NCBI RefSeq assembly: GCF_028368995.1
Contig: NZ_JAQNDL010000004.1
Location: forward strand, 384,001-448,000
Reading direction: 5' to 3'
Length of the DNA stretch: 64,000 bases
Source of the DNA: Nannocystis bainbridge
GTDB taxonomy: Bacteria; Myxococcota_A; Polyangia; Nannocystales; Nannocystaceae
The position numbers and the translations under genes were made by a program. Below the pieces are notes generated by a model that was not told the origin of the DNA, ran no database searches, and worked only from the letters and a program-made list of their open reading frames with translations. Shown here piece after piece: positions 48,161 through 58,244 of this stretch. Numbering within the stretch: position 1 is the first letter of the stretch; the number at the start of each line of letters is the position of its first letter.

Positions 48161-48808
48161 ATGTTGTCGCCCGCCCAGGTTGCCACGGTGCGACGGATCC
48201 GCTGCCATTACGCGTCCGGAGAGGCCTTTACGGCGGCGCTGCGCGCGGCCGGCGACGATCAGGCGCTGCAGGTCTTCACGACCGAGCGCTTCGAGCCCGG
48301 CGAAGAAGTGCTCGCGGAGGTGTTCTTCACCGGCATGAACGGGAAGATGCTGGTCCGCGCGATCGGCAAGAAATGGCACATGGCGCGCCCGCGCCTGCGC
48401 GTCCGCGCCGGTGGGGTGCTCCGCTGCGCGGGGAGCGAGTGGCGCAAGCTTCAGTTTCTCCGCGAGGTGGCGCTCGGGCGGGCGACCATGGCACCGCGGC
48501 GACGGCACCTGCGCCAGCCGGTTTTGGTCGAGATCCGCTGGCGGCGCAGCGACGGCAATGACCTGATGCCGGCGACGATCTCGGAGATCTCCGAGGCCGG
48601 CGCGCTGCTCCTGACGGACGCGGGACTCACGCTCGGGGAGGAGATCATCATCGAGATCACGACCCCGGGGGGCGCGCGCCCGCTCGAGCTGACCTCGGTC
48701 GTGCGCAACACCCAGCACCCCGACGGGGTCGGCGTCGAGTTCATGCGCCGCACCTCCGGCGGGCTGACGCGGATCCGCGAGGTCATCCGCCGGCTCGTGG
48801 ACCAGTGA
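48161..48808 (+). CDS. PilZ-domain protein
   Basis: RRRHLR (RxxxR), EISEAG (D/NxSxxG-like), GVGVEF. Confidence 0.75.
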   Translation: MLSPAQVATVRRIRCHYASGEAFTAALRAAGDDQALQVFTTERFEPGEEVLAEVFFTGMNGKMLVRAIGKKWHMARPRLRVRAGGVLRCAGSEWRKLQFLREVALGRATMAPRRRHLRQPVLVEIRWRRSDGNDLMPATISEISEAGALLLTDAGLTLGEEIIIEITTPGGARPLELTSVVRNTQHPDGVGVEFMRRTSGGLTRIREVIRRLVDQ

Positions 48809-48817
48809 GCGCGATGC

Positions 48818-48882
48818 GACAGGTACGAAGAGACATGTCCGTGGGGACAGGGCGTTCGGGGCAGGTGCGAAGGGGCATGTCC
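48818..48882. repeat. 14-bp phased palindrome array
   Basis: CAGG 48820; CATG 48834; CAGG 48848, 48862; CATG 48876. Confidence 0.85.
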
Positions 48883-50310
48883 TTCGGGGCAGCGGCGCTG
48901 GCGCTGGCGCTCGGCTGCGGGCCGCCGGCGGTCGAGGTGCTGCCGGGGGTCAAGGCCGACCTCGGGTCGGGCGCGCCGAGCCCGGTCGGCGAGCCGACGC
49001 CGGCGCGGTCCGAGGGCGACTGCGCCGGGCTGGCGGCGGGCGCGGCCGCGGGCTCCGGCGAGGACGCGGTGCTGCTCGTTTGGACATGTCCGGAAGTTCA
49101 GGCGAGTCCGGCGGCGCTGCGGGCCGCGCTGCTGCAGGCGGGCAGCCCGGCGGAGGCGGCCGCGCTGGCGCCGAAGCTGGCGGCGGCGCCCGATCTGGCG
49201 GGGCTGGCCCGGCTGGCGGCGATCGATCGCCCGGCCGCGGGCTCGCTCAACCCGGCGGAGGCGCCCGACCCGGTCACGGCGATCGTGAGCCCGATCGACG
49301 AGGCGGTGCTCGGCGGGGTGCTGCGAGCGATCGGGGCCCAGACAGCGAGCGGGCTGACGCACGAACAGCGGACGCGGTCGGCGGCGCTGCTGGCCCGGGT
49401 CCACCGCGAGGCGCTGGCGCAGCTGGGGCTGCCGCCGGACCAGCCGCTGCCGCCGTTCGGGCGCCTGCTGGCCGGGCGGTTCCTCCACTTCGGTCGCGGG
49501 TTCTGTCAGACGTACTGGCAGCGGCGCGTGGCCGGGCTCGAGCCGCTGTTCGCGGCGACCGAGGACGAGCTGATGCGGGTGATGCTGGCGGTGGAGCGCA
49601 CGGCCCACGCGGGTGACGACGCGCTGCTGGCGGTCGAGCGCCAGCGGGCCCGCCGTTACTTGCAGGGCAGCGGGGTGGCGGAGCGGCTCAAGTCGCGCGG
49701 GGTGACGCAGACGCCCGAGGCCCTGCTGCCGCTGCCGAACGAGCTCGATCGCCTGGCCGACCACGGCTTCGTCGAGCTGGCGCTGCAGCGGGCGCTGTTC
49801 CTCGCGGGCGAGCAGCCGGCGCCGTTCGGGCTCGTGCCGGTGATCGAGTCGCTGCAGGCGATCCTGAGCCAGCGCGATCTGGGCGAGTTCCAGGCGCTGC
49901 TGACCCGCAGGATCGGCGAGTCGCGCAAGCTGGTGCCGGCGCCGCCGGAGCAGGGGACGCGCGAGTGGCCGGTGCGCGTGCCGTGGAGCTGGTCCGACGC
50001 GAGCTCGGTGGCGACCGCGGCCGAGACGCTGTGCGAGGAGGCCGACGCGGCCCAGGGGACGTCGCGCCAGCGCGGGCTGTGGCGGGCGGTGCTGGCGCTG
50101 CGCGACCGGCCCGACGCGTGCCGCGAGCTGCTGCGCCGGGCGCAAGCCGGCGGGCTGGCGGCCCGGCTGGCGCGGGCGGTGCTCGACCGCCTCGACGACG
50201 ACAGCCTGGCCGGGCTGCGCACGCGCACGGCGGCGCGCGAGGCCGGCGAGGCGCAGGTGCGGCGGGCGTTCGCGCTGGCGAGCCGCGACGCCGGGCTGTT
50301 GCCGCGCTGA
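48877..50310 (+). CDS. Hypothetical helical lipoprotein
   Basis: MSFGAAALALALGC lipobox; long ORF with high GC3. Confidence 0.65.
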   Translation: MSFGAAALALALGCGPPAVEVLPGVKADLGSGAPSPVGEPTPARSEGDCAGLAAGAAAGSGEDAVLLVWTCPEVQASPAALRAALLQAGSPAEAAALAPKLAAAPDLAGLARLAAIDRPAAGSLNPAEAPDPVTAIVSPIDEAVLGGVLRAIGAQTASGLTHEQRTRSAALLARVHREALAQLGLPPDQPLPPFGRLLAGRFLHFGRGFCQTYWQRRVAGLEPLFAATEDELMRVMLAVERTAHAGDDALLAVERQRARRYLQGSGVAERLKSRGVTQTPEALLPLPNELDRLADHGFVELALQRALFLAGEQPAPFGLVPVIESLQAILSQRDLGEFQALLTRRIGESRKLVPAPPEQGTREWPVRVPWSWSDASSVATAAETLCEEADAAQGTSRQRGLWRAVLALRDRPDACRELLRRAQAGGLAARLARAVLDRLDDDSLAGLRTRTAAREAGEAQVRRAFALASRDAGLLPR

Positions 50311-50600
50311 GGCGCGGAGGCGCGGAGGCTCGCGGCCGCGCTGGGGCGCGGAGGCTCGCGGCCGCGCTGGGGCGCGGAGGCGTCGCAGAGGCGCGGAGGC
50401 GACGCAGCCGCGCAGAGGCGACGCAGCCGCGCAGAGGCGCGGAGGCGACGCAGAGGCGACGCAGCCGCGCAGAGGCGACGCAGCCGCGCAGAGGCGACGC
50501 AGCCGCGCAGAGGCGCGGAGGCGACGCAGAGGCGACGCAGCCGCGCAGAGGCGACGCAGCCGCGCAGAGGCGACGCAGAGGCGCAGAGGCGACGCGGCGC
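50311..50600 (+). repeat. GC-rich minisatellite (about 19-bp unit GAGGCGACGCAGCCGCGCA with shorter variants)
   Basis: Many tandem GAGGCGACGCAG(CCGCGCA) copies directly after the stop codon. Confidence 0.9.
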
Positions 50601-50620
50601 GACGCGCTTGCGCGCGCGTG

Positions 50621-50768
50621 AGCATGTTCTTTCGGACATGTGGAATCCGAGCGGGCGCACACGGCATGTTCGAGAGAACATGTAGTTCCAGACATGTCTC
50701 TATGGACATGTCCTCGAAGGCATGACCTATCGGGCATGACCTATCGGGCATGACCGATCGGGCATGTC
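50621..50768. repeat. Longest 14-bp phased array, convergent junction
   Basis: CATG 50623, 50637, (none at 50651), 50665, 50679, 50693, 50707, 50721, 50735, 50749, 50763. Confidence 0.95.
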
Positions 50769-53226
50769 ATACGGCAGGGGCGTGTGCTGTCAGCCAGGCG
50801 GCGATCTCGCGCTGGCGGCGAGGGTTGCGGATGGCGTGGGCGTCGCGCTCGGCCTGGCGGGCGAGGGCCAGGGCGCGGTCGCGCTGGCTCGGTTCGTGGT
50901 CCCACAGGGCGCGGGCGAGGGCGAAGTGGGCGATGGTGCGGATCAGCGGCTGCTGCGAGCGCTCGGCCAGCGAGTGGGCGCGCTCGAGGTCGTCGAGGGC
51001 GCGGGCGATGGCGCCGCGGCCGAGCTGCAGCATGCCGGTGGCGGCGAAGTACTCGGCGTAGTCGAGGCGGTCGTTGCCGAAGGTGGCGATGATCTGCGGC
51101 AGGGCCGGCTCGAGCAGCCGTGCGGCCTCGTCGAAGTGGCCGAGCTCGAAGTGGGCGAGGCCGAGGTTGGCGTGGGCCATGCACGCGAACGGGTGGCGCT
51201 CGCCGAGCAGGCTGTCGAGCCCGGCGCTGGCCTCGTGGAGGACGGCAGCGGCCTCCTCGACCCGGCCGATCGAGCGCAAGGCCTCGCCGAGGCCGATCTG
51301 GGTGATCCGGATCGGCAGCGGCTCGTCGGGCGCGGTGCGCTGGCGCAGGGCGATGCCGCGGCGGTACAGGTCCTCGGCCTCGGCCAGGCGGCCCTGGGCG
51401 GCGCGCGAGTTGGCCAGATTGTTGAGGAGCTCGGCCTCGATGCCGATCTCGGGCGGGCGCCGGGCGATCAGGGCCCCGGCGATCGCTGCGGCGCGCTCGG
51501 CGGCACCGAAGTCCTGGAGGCCGTAGCCCTGGACGTGGACGTCGGTGACGAGGGCGCGAAGCTCGATGGCGTCGTGGCCGGCGCGGATGCTGGTGAGATA
51601 GGCGGCCCACAGCGAGCTGGCGGACTGCTGGGGCTCGCCGGTGTCGCTGAAGATCCGCCCGCGCCAGAACAGGGCCTCGGCGAGCAGCGGCGGGTAGTCG
51701 GTGGCCTCGGCGGCGTGGATGGTGCGCTCGACGAGGGCGACGGCGCGGTCGATCTGACCGGCGAGGAACAGCGCCTCGACCTGGGCCAGGTCGCGCTGCA
51801 GCAGCTGGACGCGGGCGGCGACGGCGGGGTCGCTCGGGAGGCCGAGGCGGCGCTGTTCGTCCATCAACGCCGTCGGGTCGCCGCACGAGGCGACCGAGCG
51901 CAGCCCGGCGACCGCCTGGGCGGCGTTCATCACGGTGTTGCGATCGCCCTCGGCGAGCACGTCGACGAGCGCGTCGAGCTCGGCCCGGCGGCGCTGCAGG
52001 CAGTGCATCTGCAGGTCGAGCGCGGCGCTCGAGCGCTCGCCGGCGCGGTGGGCCTCGCAGGTGCGCACGTGCAGCTCGGTCCACTCGGCGGCGTGGGCGT
52101 CGAGGTCCTGTCGCGTGCGCGCGACGGTGTCCGCGGCGAACACCAGGCCGGTCGCCAGCATGGCGCGCTCGACCGCGGCGCTGCGGCTGTCGTCCCACAC
52201 GCCGACGAGGTGCTCGGCGGCGTCACGGCAGCTGCCGGCGGCGCCGGCCTGGACGAACGCGATCGCGGCGGTGCCGAGGCCGGCCACGGCGAGGGCCCAG
52301 CGCATGCGTCGGCGGCCGCGATCGGGCGCGGGCGCCAGCTCGGCCAGCAGGTCGTGCATGGTCGGGAAGCGCTGGTTGGGATCGCTGTCGAGGCCGCGCA
52401 GCACGGCCCGCTGGACCTTGGGCGGCACCGGGGTGCGCGCGGGGATCGGGACGCGCTCGCCGAGCAGGACGCTGCGGCTGACCTCCTCGATGGTGCTGCC
52501 GGGGAACGGGCGGTAGCCGAACATCGCCTCGAACAGGGCCACGCAGAAGCCGAACTGATCGGTGCGCGCGTCGGTCGGCTCGCGCAGGAACTGCTCGGGC
52601 GCCATGTAGGCGGGGGTGCCGATCAACGAGCCGGCGGCGGTCATGCGCAGGATCGATTTGCCCGACTCCGAGATCGTGGCGCTGAGCTCGTCGCCGCCGA
52701 GGCCGACCGGCAGGGCCAGGCCGAAGTCCATGACGCGGACGCGGCCGTCGCCGCCGATCATGAAGTTGTCGGGCTTGACGTCGCGGTGGACGATGCCGGC
52801 GCCGTGAGCCGCGGCCAGGCCGCGACCGGCCTCCACGAACACCGCGAGGATGTCGGACCACGAGCGCGTCTGCTCTTCGAGCCAGGTGGTGAGGGTGCGG
52901 CCGTGGACGAACTCGAGGGCGATGAAGATCTGGCTGTTCCACTCGCCGACGTCGTAGATCTGGATGACGTTGGGGTGCGACAGCTGGGCCAGCGCCTGGG
53001 CCTCGCGCAGCAGGCGGGCGCGGCCGGGGAGGTCGCCGCTGAGCTGGCGACGGACCAGCTTGACGGCGACGCGACGGTCGAGCAGCTCGTCGTAGGCGCT
53101 GTAGACGACGCCCATGGCGCCCTCGCCGAGGCGGCTGAGGACGACGTAGCGGCCGAACCGCAGCGCGTTGGCGTCAGGCTCGCTCGAGCCCGCTCCGCCG
53201 CCGGTCGCCGTGGTCTCGTCGGCCAT
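50767..53226 (-). CDS. Ser/Thr protein kinase with TM helix and TPR region
   Basis: LGEGAMGVVY, VAVK, HPNVI, HRDVKPDN, DFGLA, GTPAYMAPEQ; TPR-like LNNLA/HANLG repeats. Confidence 0.95.
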   Translation of the reverse strand: MADETTATGGGAGSSEPDANALRFGRYVVLSRLGEGAMGVVYSAYDELLDRRVAVKLVRRQLSGDLPGRARLLREAQALAQLSHPNVIQIYDVGEWNSQIFIALEFVHGRTLTTWLEEQTRSWSDILAVFVEAGRGLAAAHGAGIVHRDVKPDNFMIGGDGRVRVMDFGLALPVGLGGDELSATISESGKSILRMTAAGSLIGTPAYMAPEQFLREPTDARTDQFGFCVALFEAMFGYRPFPGSTIEEVSRSVLLGERVPIPARTPVPPKVQRAVLRGLDSDPNQRFPTMHDLLAELAPAPDRGRRRMRWALAVAGLGTAAIAFVQAGAAGSCRDAAEHLVGVWDDSRSAAVERAMLATGLVFAADTVARTRQDLDAHAAEWTELHVRTCEAHRAGERSSAALDLQMHCLQRRRAELDALVDVLAEGDRNTVMNAAQAVAGLRSVASCGDPTALMDEQRRLGLPSDPAVAARVQLLQRDLAQVEALFLAGQIDRAVALVERTIHAAEATDYPPLLAEALFWRGRIFSDTGEPQQSASSLWAAYLTSIRAGHDAIELRALVTDVHVQGYGLQDFGAAERAAAIAGALIARRPPEIGIEAELLNNLANSRAAQGRLAEAEDLYRRGIALRQRTAPDEPLPIRITQIGLGEALRSIGRVEEAAAVLHEASAGLDSLLGERHPFACMAHANLGLAHFELGHFDEAARLLEPALPQIIATFGNDRLDYAEYFAATGMLQLGRGAIARALDDLERAHSLAERSQQPLIRTIAHFALARALWDHEPSQRDRALALARQAERDAHAIRNPRRQREIAAWLTAHAPAV

Positions 53227-53373
53227 AAACGGCGGCAGCTTACCCGATGCAGGCGGCCGCCGGCGCCCCGGGGACGTGCGTCGGCCAGGGCGCGCGCGGG
53301 TACGGCCGAGCTCACACGATCGAACTCACGCGGCCGGACGGGCGCATGATGCGCGGCCGCGCGCGCGCGGCTG

Positions 53374-53436
53374 CCTGTGCCGGAGGACATGTCCTCGGGG
53401 GCATGTCCGAATCGACATGGCTATTTGAGCATGTCC
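53374..53436. repeat. 14-bp phased palindrome array overlapping rhomboid stop
   Basis: CCTG 53374; CATG 53388, 53402, 53416, 53430. Confidence 0.88.
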
Positions 53437-55025
53437 GCAAAGGCACGCGAGTGCCGCGGCAGGAACAGGGCCCCGAGGACCACGCCGGCGGCGATGCCGG
53501 CGGCGTGGGCGGTGCCGCTGACCTCGGGGGTGAAGCTGTCGAACACGACCTGGAGTCCGAACAGGATGGCGAGCGCGACCAGCTCGGTGCGGCCGATCGG
53601 GGTCGACCGGAGGTCGCGCCGCAGCAGCAGGGCGGCGATCACGGCGCCGCCGAGCGCCATGATCGCCCCGGAGGCGCCGATCAGCAGCAACGGGCTGGCC
53701 GGGTCGCGCAGGAGCGCCACGGCGAGGCCGCTGAGGGCGGCGCTCAGCACGTAGATGGCGGCGAGGCGAGCCCGGCCGAACAGCACCTCGACGAAGGTGC
53801 CGAAGCGCCACAGCATCAGGACGTTGAGGGCGAGGTGGAGGACGCCGACGTGCAGCAGCGTCAGGGTGCCGAGCCGCCAGACCTCGGACGGGCCGAAATC
53901 GCCGGTGTACAGGGCACCCCAGGCGTAGGCGTGCTCCGTGTCGTAGGGATCGCCGACGCTGGCGTAGATGGCGTAGAAGCCGACGAGCACGGCCATCCAC
54001 GCCCAGGTGAGGCGCGGGCGGATGGCGTGGCGGCCGAGGAAGGTCGAGACGGCGCGCAGGGTCGGAGCGCCGCGGCGCAGGGCGGCGAGGCGGTGGTCGA
54101 GCGCGGGGCTAGGGGTGGTGGCCGGCCGCGGCGGGCGGCGCACGATCATGGCGTCGAGCGAGGCGAGGGTGGAGCGGGCGATCCGGTGCTCGCCGTGCTG
54201 CTCGAGCGCGCGCGCGAGGGTGCGACGGGCGGCGTCGGGGCGGCCGGCGCACCACTCGGCGAGGGCGACGCACAGCTCGCGATCGCCGCGCGCGAGGTAC
54301 ATGCCGAGGCCGTCGGCGAGGGCGCAGGTGCGGGCGACGTCGCCGGCGAGGGCGTGGGCCTGGATGACGAGGCGAGCGAGGCGCTCGAGCTGCTGGAAGG
54401 TGGGGTCGCCGGCGAGCGCCCGCGCGAGCGCCTCGGCGAGGGCGTCGCCGCTGGGGTCGGTGCAGGCGACGCTCTGGACGTAGATGGCGCCGAGGCCCTG
54501 GGCGAACAGGCCGGCGCGCTCCTCGGGATCGGCGAAGGCGGCCTTGACGGCGTCGACGTCGCGGCGGTTGTGCAGGAGGACGATGTCGAAGGCGCGCCGC
54601 ACCTGCGGCAGGCCGTGCGAGACGCGATCGAGCTCGGCGGGCGGGACATCGTCGCCGGCGCGCAGGGCGAGGATGGTCGGCAGCGCGGCCAGCTCCTCGC
54701 GCACGACCCGGGTCGGGTGGATCCGCGCGAGCACCCAGGCGAGCCGCCGCGCCCGCACCTCGTCGCCGGCGCCGATGGCCCGGTGCAGCCGCGTCTGCAG
54801 CGAGACGGGGGCGATGATGAAGAGGAGGTAGAGGCCGAAGGCGACGAAGCCGGCGCTGACGGGCTCGATCCACCACGCGAGCGCGGCGGCGAGGACGATA
54901 AAGGCGACGAGCAGCCAGCCGGTGCGCGCGTGCGGCAGGCCGACCCGGCGCAGGTAGAGGGCGTAGCCGAATAGCCCGATCGCGGTGACGATCAGCAGCG
55001 GGAGGGCGAGGGCGTCGATCGGCAC
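53421..55025 (-). CDS. Rhomboid intramembrane serine protease with long N-terminal extension
   Basis: EVWRL, LLHVGVLHLALN, IGASGA, AHAAG. Confidence 0.88.
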   Translation of the reverse strand: MPIDALALPLLIVTAIGLFGYALYLRRVGLPHARTGWLLVAFIVLAAALAWWIEPVSAGFVAFGLYLLFIIAPVSLQTRLHRAIGAGDEVRARRLAWVLARIHPTRVVREELAALPTILALRAGDDVPPAELDRVSHGLPQVRRAFDIVLLHNRRDVDAVKAAFADPEERAGLFAQGLGAIYVQSVACTDPSGDALAEALARALAGDPTFQQLERLARLVIQAHALAGDVARTCALADGLGMYLARGDRELCVALAEWCAGRPDAARRTLARALEQHGEHRIARSTLASLDAMIVRRPPRPATTPSPALDHRLAALRRGAPTLRAVSTFLGRHAIRPRLTWAWMAVLVGFYAIYASVGDPYDTEHAYAWGALYTGDFGPSEVWRLGTLTLLHVGVLHLALNVLMLWRFGTFVEVLFGRARLAAIYVLSAALSGLAVALLRDPASPLLLIGASGAIMALGGAVIAALLLRRDLRSTPIGRTELVALAILFGLQVVFDSFTPEVSGTAHAAGIAAGVVLGALFLPRHSRAFADMLK

Positions 55026-55098
55026 GCAGCCGCAGGGTAGCCGAGCGCGGGCAGGTCGGGGTAGATCGATCGGCGTGCTGAAGCGGGCGGCGGTGCGG

Positions 55099-55959
55099 AT
55101 GCAGTCGGCGATCGCGGTGGCGATCGCGGTGGTGGCGTCGGTGCTGGTGCTGGCGGTGGCGCCGTGGTGGATGGTGGTGATAGGGCCGCTGGTCGGGCTC
55201 GGCTACCGCGCGGCGGCGCTGCGGCCGATCACGCGGCGCGAGCGCGTGGCGCTGGCGCCGGTGCCGGAGACCTGGCGCGAGCTGCTGAGCCGGCGGGTGC
55301 CGTTCTACGAGCGGCTGACGCCGCCGGCGCAGCGGCGCTTCGAGGGCGACGTGGCGGTGTTCCTGGCCGAACACCGGATCTATGGGCCGCAGGGGTCGGA
55401 GGTGCCGGAGGAGGTCAAGCTGATGATCGGGGCCGGGGCGGCGATGCTGTGCCACGGGCGGCCGGACTGGGAGTGGCCGCACGTGCGCGACATCGTCGTC
55501 CACCCGACGCAGTGGAACGAGGACGGCGAGCCCGGCGACCACCACGGGATCGCCGGGCAGGTCCACCTGCAGGGGCCGGTGCTGTTCTCGCGCAAGCAGA
55601 TCCGGTTCGGCTTCCGCAAGCCCGACGGCGAGAACGTGGTGCTGCACGAGCTGGCCCACGTGCTCGACATGGCCGACGGGGCCGCCGACGGGTCGCCCGA
55701 CCGGTTCGCGTGGTCGGCGGTGCCGGGCTGGGAGGATCTGGTCAAGAGCCGCTTGAAGTCGGTCCGTCGCAAGCAGGGCGGGCCGCTGCGGGCGTACGCG
55801 GGGACCAACTCGGCGGAGCTGTTCGCGGTCGCGGTCGAGGTGTTCTTCGAGCAGCCGCAGCGCCTGCGCAAGCAGGACCCGCAGCTCTACGAGGCGCTGG
55901 CGACGCTGTTCAACGTCGACCCCGACACGGGGGTGCTGCGACGGGCGCTGCCGGAGTAG
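55099..55959 (+). CDS. MtfA-like zinc-dependent peptidase (M90)
   Basis: NVVLHELAHVLD, YAGTNSAELFAVAVEVFFEQP; N-terminal TM; start approximate. Confidence 0.88.
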   Translation: MQSAIAVAIAVVASVLVLAVAPWWMVVIGPLVGLGYRAAALRPITRRERVALAPVPETWRELLSRRVPFYERLTPPAQRRFEGDVAVFLAEHRIYGPQGSEVPEEVKLMIGAGAAMLCHGRPDWEWPHVRDIVVHPTQWNEDGEPGDHHGIAGQVHLQGPVLFSRKQIRFGFRKPDGENVVLHELAHVLDMADGAADGSPDRFAWSAVPGWEDLVKSRLKSVRRKQGGPLRAYAGTNSAELFAVAVEVFFEQPQRLRKQDPQLYEALATLFNVDPDTGVLRRALPE

Positions 55960-55974
55960 GCTGGCCCTACAGGG

Positions 55975-56045
55975 TGTCCTTAAGGACAGGTTGATTCTCA
56001 GGAGGATGTCCCACGGGACAGGTCGGTTGCCTGTCCCGAAGGACA
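55975..56045. repeat. Three perfect TGTCC-N4-GGACA palindromes, convergent junction
   Basis: 55975-55988 (TTAA), 56007-56020 (CACG), 56032-56045 (CGAA). Confidence 0.9.
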
Positions 56046-56053
56046 TCCGGCGA

Positions 56054-56404
56054 TCAGATCGGCGTGGCCGACAGCACGCGCGCGGTGCAGACGGCGCCCG
56101 CGGTGGCGACCTCGACGACGAGCGGGCGGGGCTTGCCGTCTTCCATGGCGGGCAGGCGGACCGCGACGGTGGTGCGGAGGGCGGTGGCGGGGGCGGCGAA
56201 GCCGATCACGTGCTGCTGGCCCTTCTCGCTGCTGTCGATGCCGTGGAGGACCGCGCGGGCGTCGGGCTGCTGGGGATCGCGGGTCAGCTCGACGGACAGG
56301 ACGACCACGAAGTCCCGCGGCGAGGCATTGACGAACACAGAGCCCTGGACCGGGTGGTTGGGGTCCAGCGAGGGGTTGGAGAACACGACGTCGTACGCGC
56401 TCAT
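56054..56404 (-). CDS. Hypothetical protein (beta-sandwich-like)
   Basis: ATG overlaps stop of upstream chelatase gene; coding-like composition. Confidence 0.55.
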   Translation of the reverse strand: MSAYDVVFSNPSLDPNHPVQGSVFVNASPRDFVVVLSVELTRDPQQPDARAVLHGIDSSEKGQQHVIGFAAPATALRTTVAVRLPAMEDGKPRPLVVEVATAGAVCTARVLSATPI

Positions 56405-56802
56405 GCCGGGGAGCTTAGCGCCACTCGCCGCAGGGCTGCCGCGGCGAGGGCGTCGAGCACGGCGGGGTCGCTGGCGAGCGCGTCGCCGGCGAGCGCGATC
56501 TCGAGGCTCGCGTGGTCGCGCTGGACCCGGGCGACGAGCTCCGGGACGTCGCGCTTCAGGTGGCGCCCGCCGCCGGAGAGGAACACCGGCACGACGACGA
56601 CCCGCCGCACGCCGGCCTCGCCGAGGCGCGCGACGACGTCGCCGAGCGCGGGGCCGTGCTCGAGGGTGGCGAGCGCGATCGCCAGCGCGGGGGCGAGGAC
56701 GCGCAGGCGCTCGGCGATCTGCTCGACCGGGGTCAGCCAGTCGGGATCGGGGCTGCCGTGGGCGAGCAGCGCGAGCGCGAGCTCGGGGCGGGGGTCGCTC
56801 AT
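56401..56802 (-). CDS. CbiX/SirB-type chelatase (single domain)
   Basis: LLAHGSPDP, ATLE..P, VVVPVFLSGGGRHLKRDVP. Confidence 0.85.
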   Translation of the reverse strand: MSDPRPELALALLAHGSPDPDWLTPVEQIAERLRVLAPALAIALATLEHGPALGDVVARLGEAGVRRVVVVPVFLSGGGRHLKRDVPELVARVQRDHASLEIALAGDALASDPAVLDALAAAALRRVALSSPA

Positions 56803-58004
56803 GACCGGGCCGCGCGCAGCTCGACGGCGAGGATGGCCTCGTGATCGCGGAGCCGCTGCAGGCACTCCTCGCTCGGCGCGACCTCGAAGGTGATGGTGGC
56901 GCAGGCCGCCTCACCGCCGGCGAAGATGGTGTTGCTCATGCCCTGGACGTTGACCCGCTCCTCGCGCAGCGCCATGAGGATGCCGGCGAGCACGCCGACG
57001 CGATCGAGGTGGCGGACGACGAGGCTGTAGCGAGCGACGCGCTCGTTGAGGTTGACGGCGTGGTGGACGATGCCGCGGGCGACGAAGCTCTCGATGATGC
57101 GCACGACCTCGTCGCTGATCGCCGACTCGGCCTGCTCGGTCGAGGCGCCGATGTGCGGGGTGGCGTAGACGTCGCCGTGTTCGCCGGCGATGTTCTTGAA
57201 GTCGGCCTGGCCGCCGGCGGGCTCGCCCTCGAAGACGTCGAGGCCGGCGCGCAGCCGACCGGCGCGCACGGCCTCGGCGAGGGCCTTGTCGTCGACGACG
57301 CCGCCGCGCGAGGTGTGGATCAGGGTGGCGCCCGGCCGCATGCGCGCGAGCTGCTCGGCGCCGATGTAGTGGTGGTTGGTCTTGGAGTAGGGGACGTGGA
57401 CGCTGACGATGTCGCTGACGTCGAGCAGCGCGCCGAGGTCGGCGACCTGGATCGCGCCGTGGGCCTCGAGCACGTCGGGCGCGATCGGGTGGTTGGCGCA
57501 GGTGACGATCTTGAGGCCAAAGGCGCGGGCGCGGACGGCGACCTCGCGGGCGATCATGCCGAAGCCGACGAGGCCGAGGGTCTGCCCCTTGAGGCCGCGG
57601 GCCTTGCCGTACTTGCTCTTGTTCCAGGTGCCGTGCCGCAGCTCGAGGGTGGCGTCGACGATCCGCCGGTCGAGCGCGAGGATCAGGCCCATGGTCAGCT
57701 CGGCCACGGCGATCGCGTTCTTGCCGGGGCAGTTGGCGACGAAGATGCCGCGACGGCTGGCGGCGGCGGTGTCGATGGTGTTGGTGCCGGCTCCGGCACG
57801 CACGACCAGCGACAGCGGCGGGGAGGCGGCCAGGGCGGTCTCGCTGACCACCGTCGAGCGGACGACGAGGATGTCGGCCTTCGTCTCGCCGAGCGCGGCA
57901 GGCAGCTGCTCGGCGCTCAACTCGGGCCGGTAGACGACCTCGCCGAGGCGAGCCAGGACGTCACGACCACTCGGAGGAAACTTGTCGGCGATCAGCACCA
58001 GCAT
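56799..58004 (-). CDS. serA: D-3-phosphoglycerate dehydrogenase-like 2-hydroxyacid dehydrogenase with ACT domain
   Basis: RAGAGTNTID, NAIAVAEL, GLVGFGMIA, SRGGVVD, LDVFEGEP, TPHIGAST; HLDRVGVLA ACT. Confidence 0.8.
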   Translation of the reverse strand: MLVLIADKFPPSGRDVLARLGEVVYRPELSAEQLPAALGETKADILVVRSTVVSETALAASPPLSLVVRAGAGTNTIDTAAASRRGIFVANCPGKNAIAVAELTMGLILALDRRIVDATLELRHGTWNKSKYGKARGLKGQTLGLVGFGMIAREVAVRARAFGLKIVTCANHPIAPDVLEAHGAIQVADLGALLDVSDIVSVHVPYSKTNHHYIGAEQLARMRPGATLIHTSRGGVVDDKALAEAVRAGRLRAGLDVFEGEPAGGQADFKNIAGEHGDVYATPHIGASTEQAESAISDEVVRIIESFVARGIVHHAVNLNERVARYSLVVRHLDRVGVLAGILMALREERVNVQGMSNTIFAGGEAACATITFEVAPSEECLQRLRDHEAILAVELRAARS

Positions 58005-58244
58005 GGCGGCCATCCATACCATGCCCGCTGCTCGCGCCGTCGTGATCGCGCGCGCTTGCGAGGGGCAATCTTGCGGTTGTATTGGTGGATGAATTACGGA
58101 TTTGTTTCGTAATCTTGGACGATAAAATAGGAAGTCTTGGATGATGGTGGGTTCGGGCGCAGCGCCGCAGCGCGGATGGCGGGCGGGTGACTGCGTCGGC
58201 GCAAGACACTGGCGGTGTTTGCGAGATCTCGCTATGGGTCGCCG

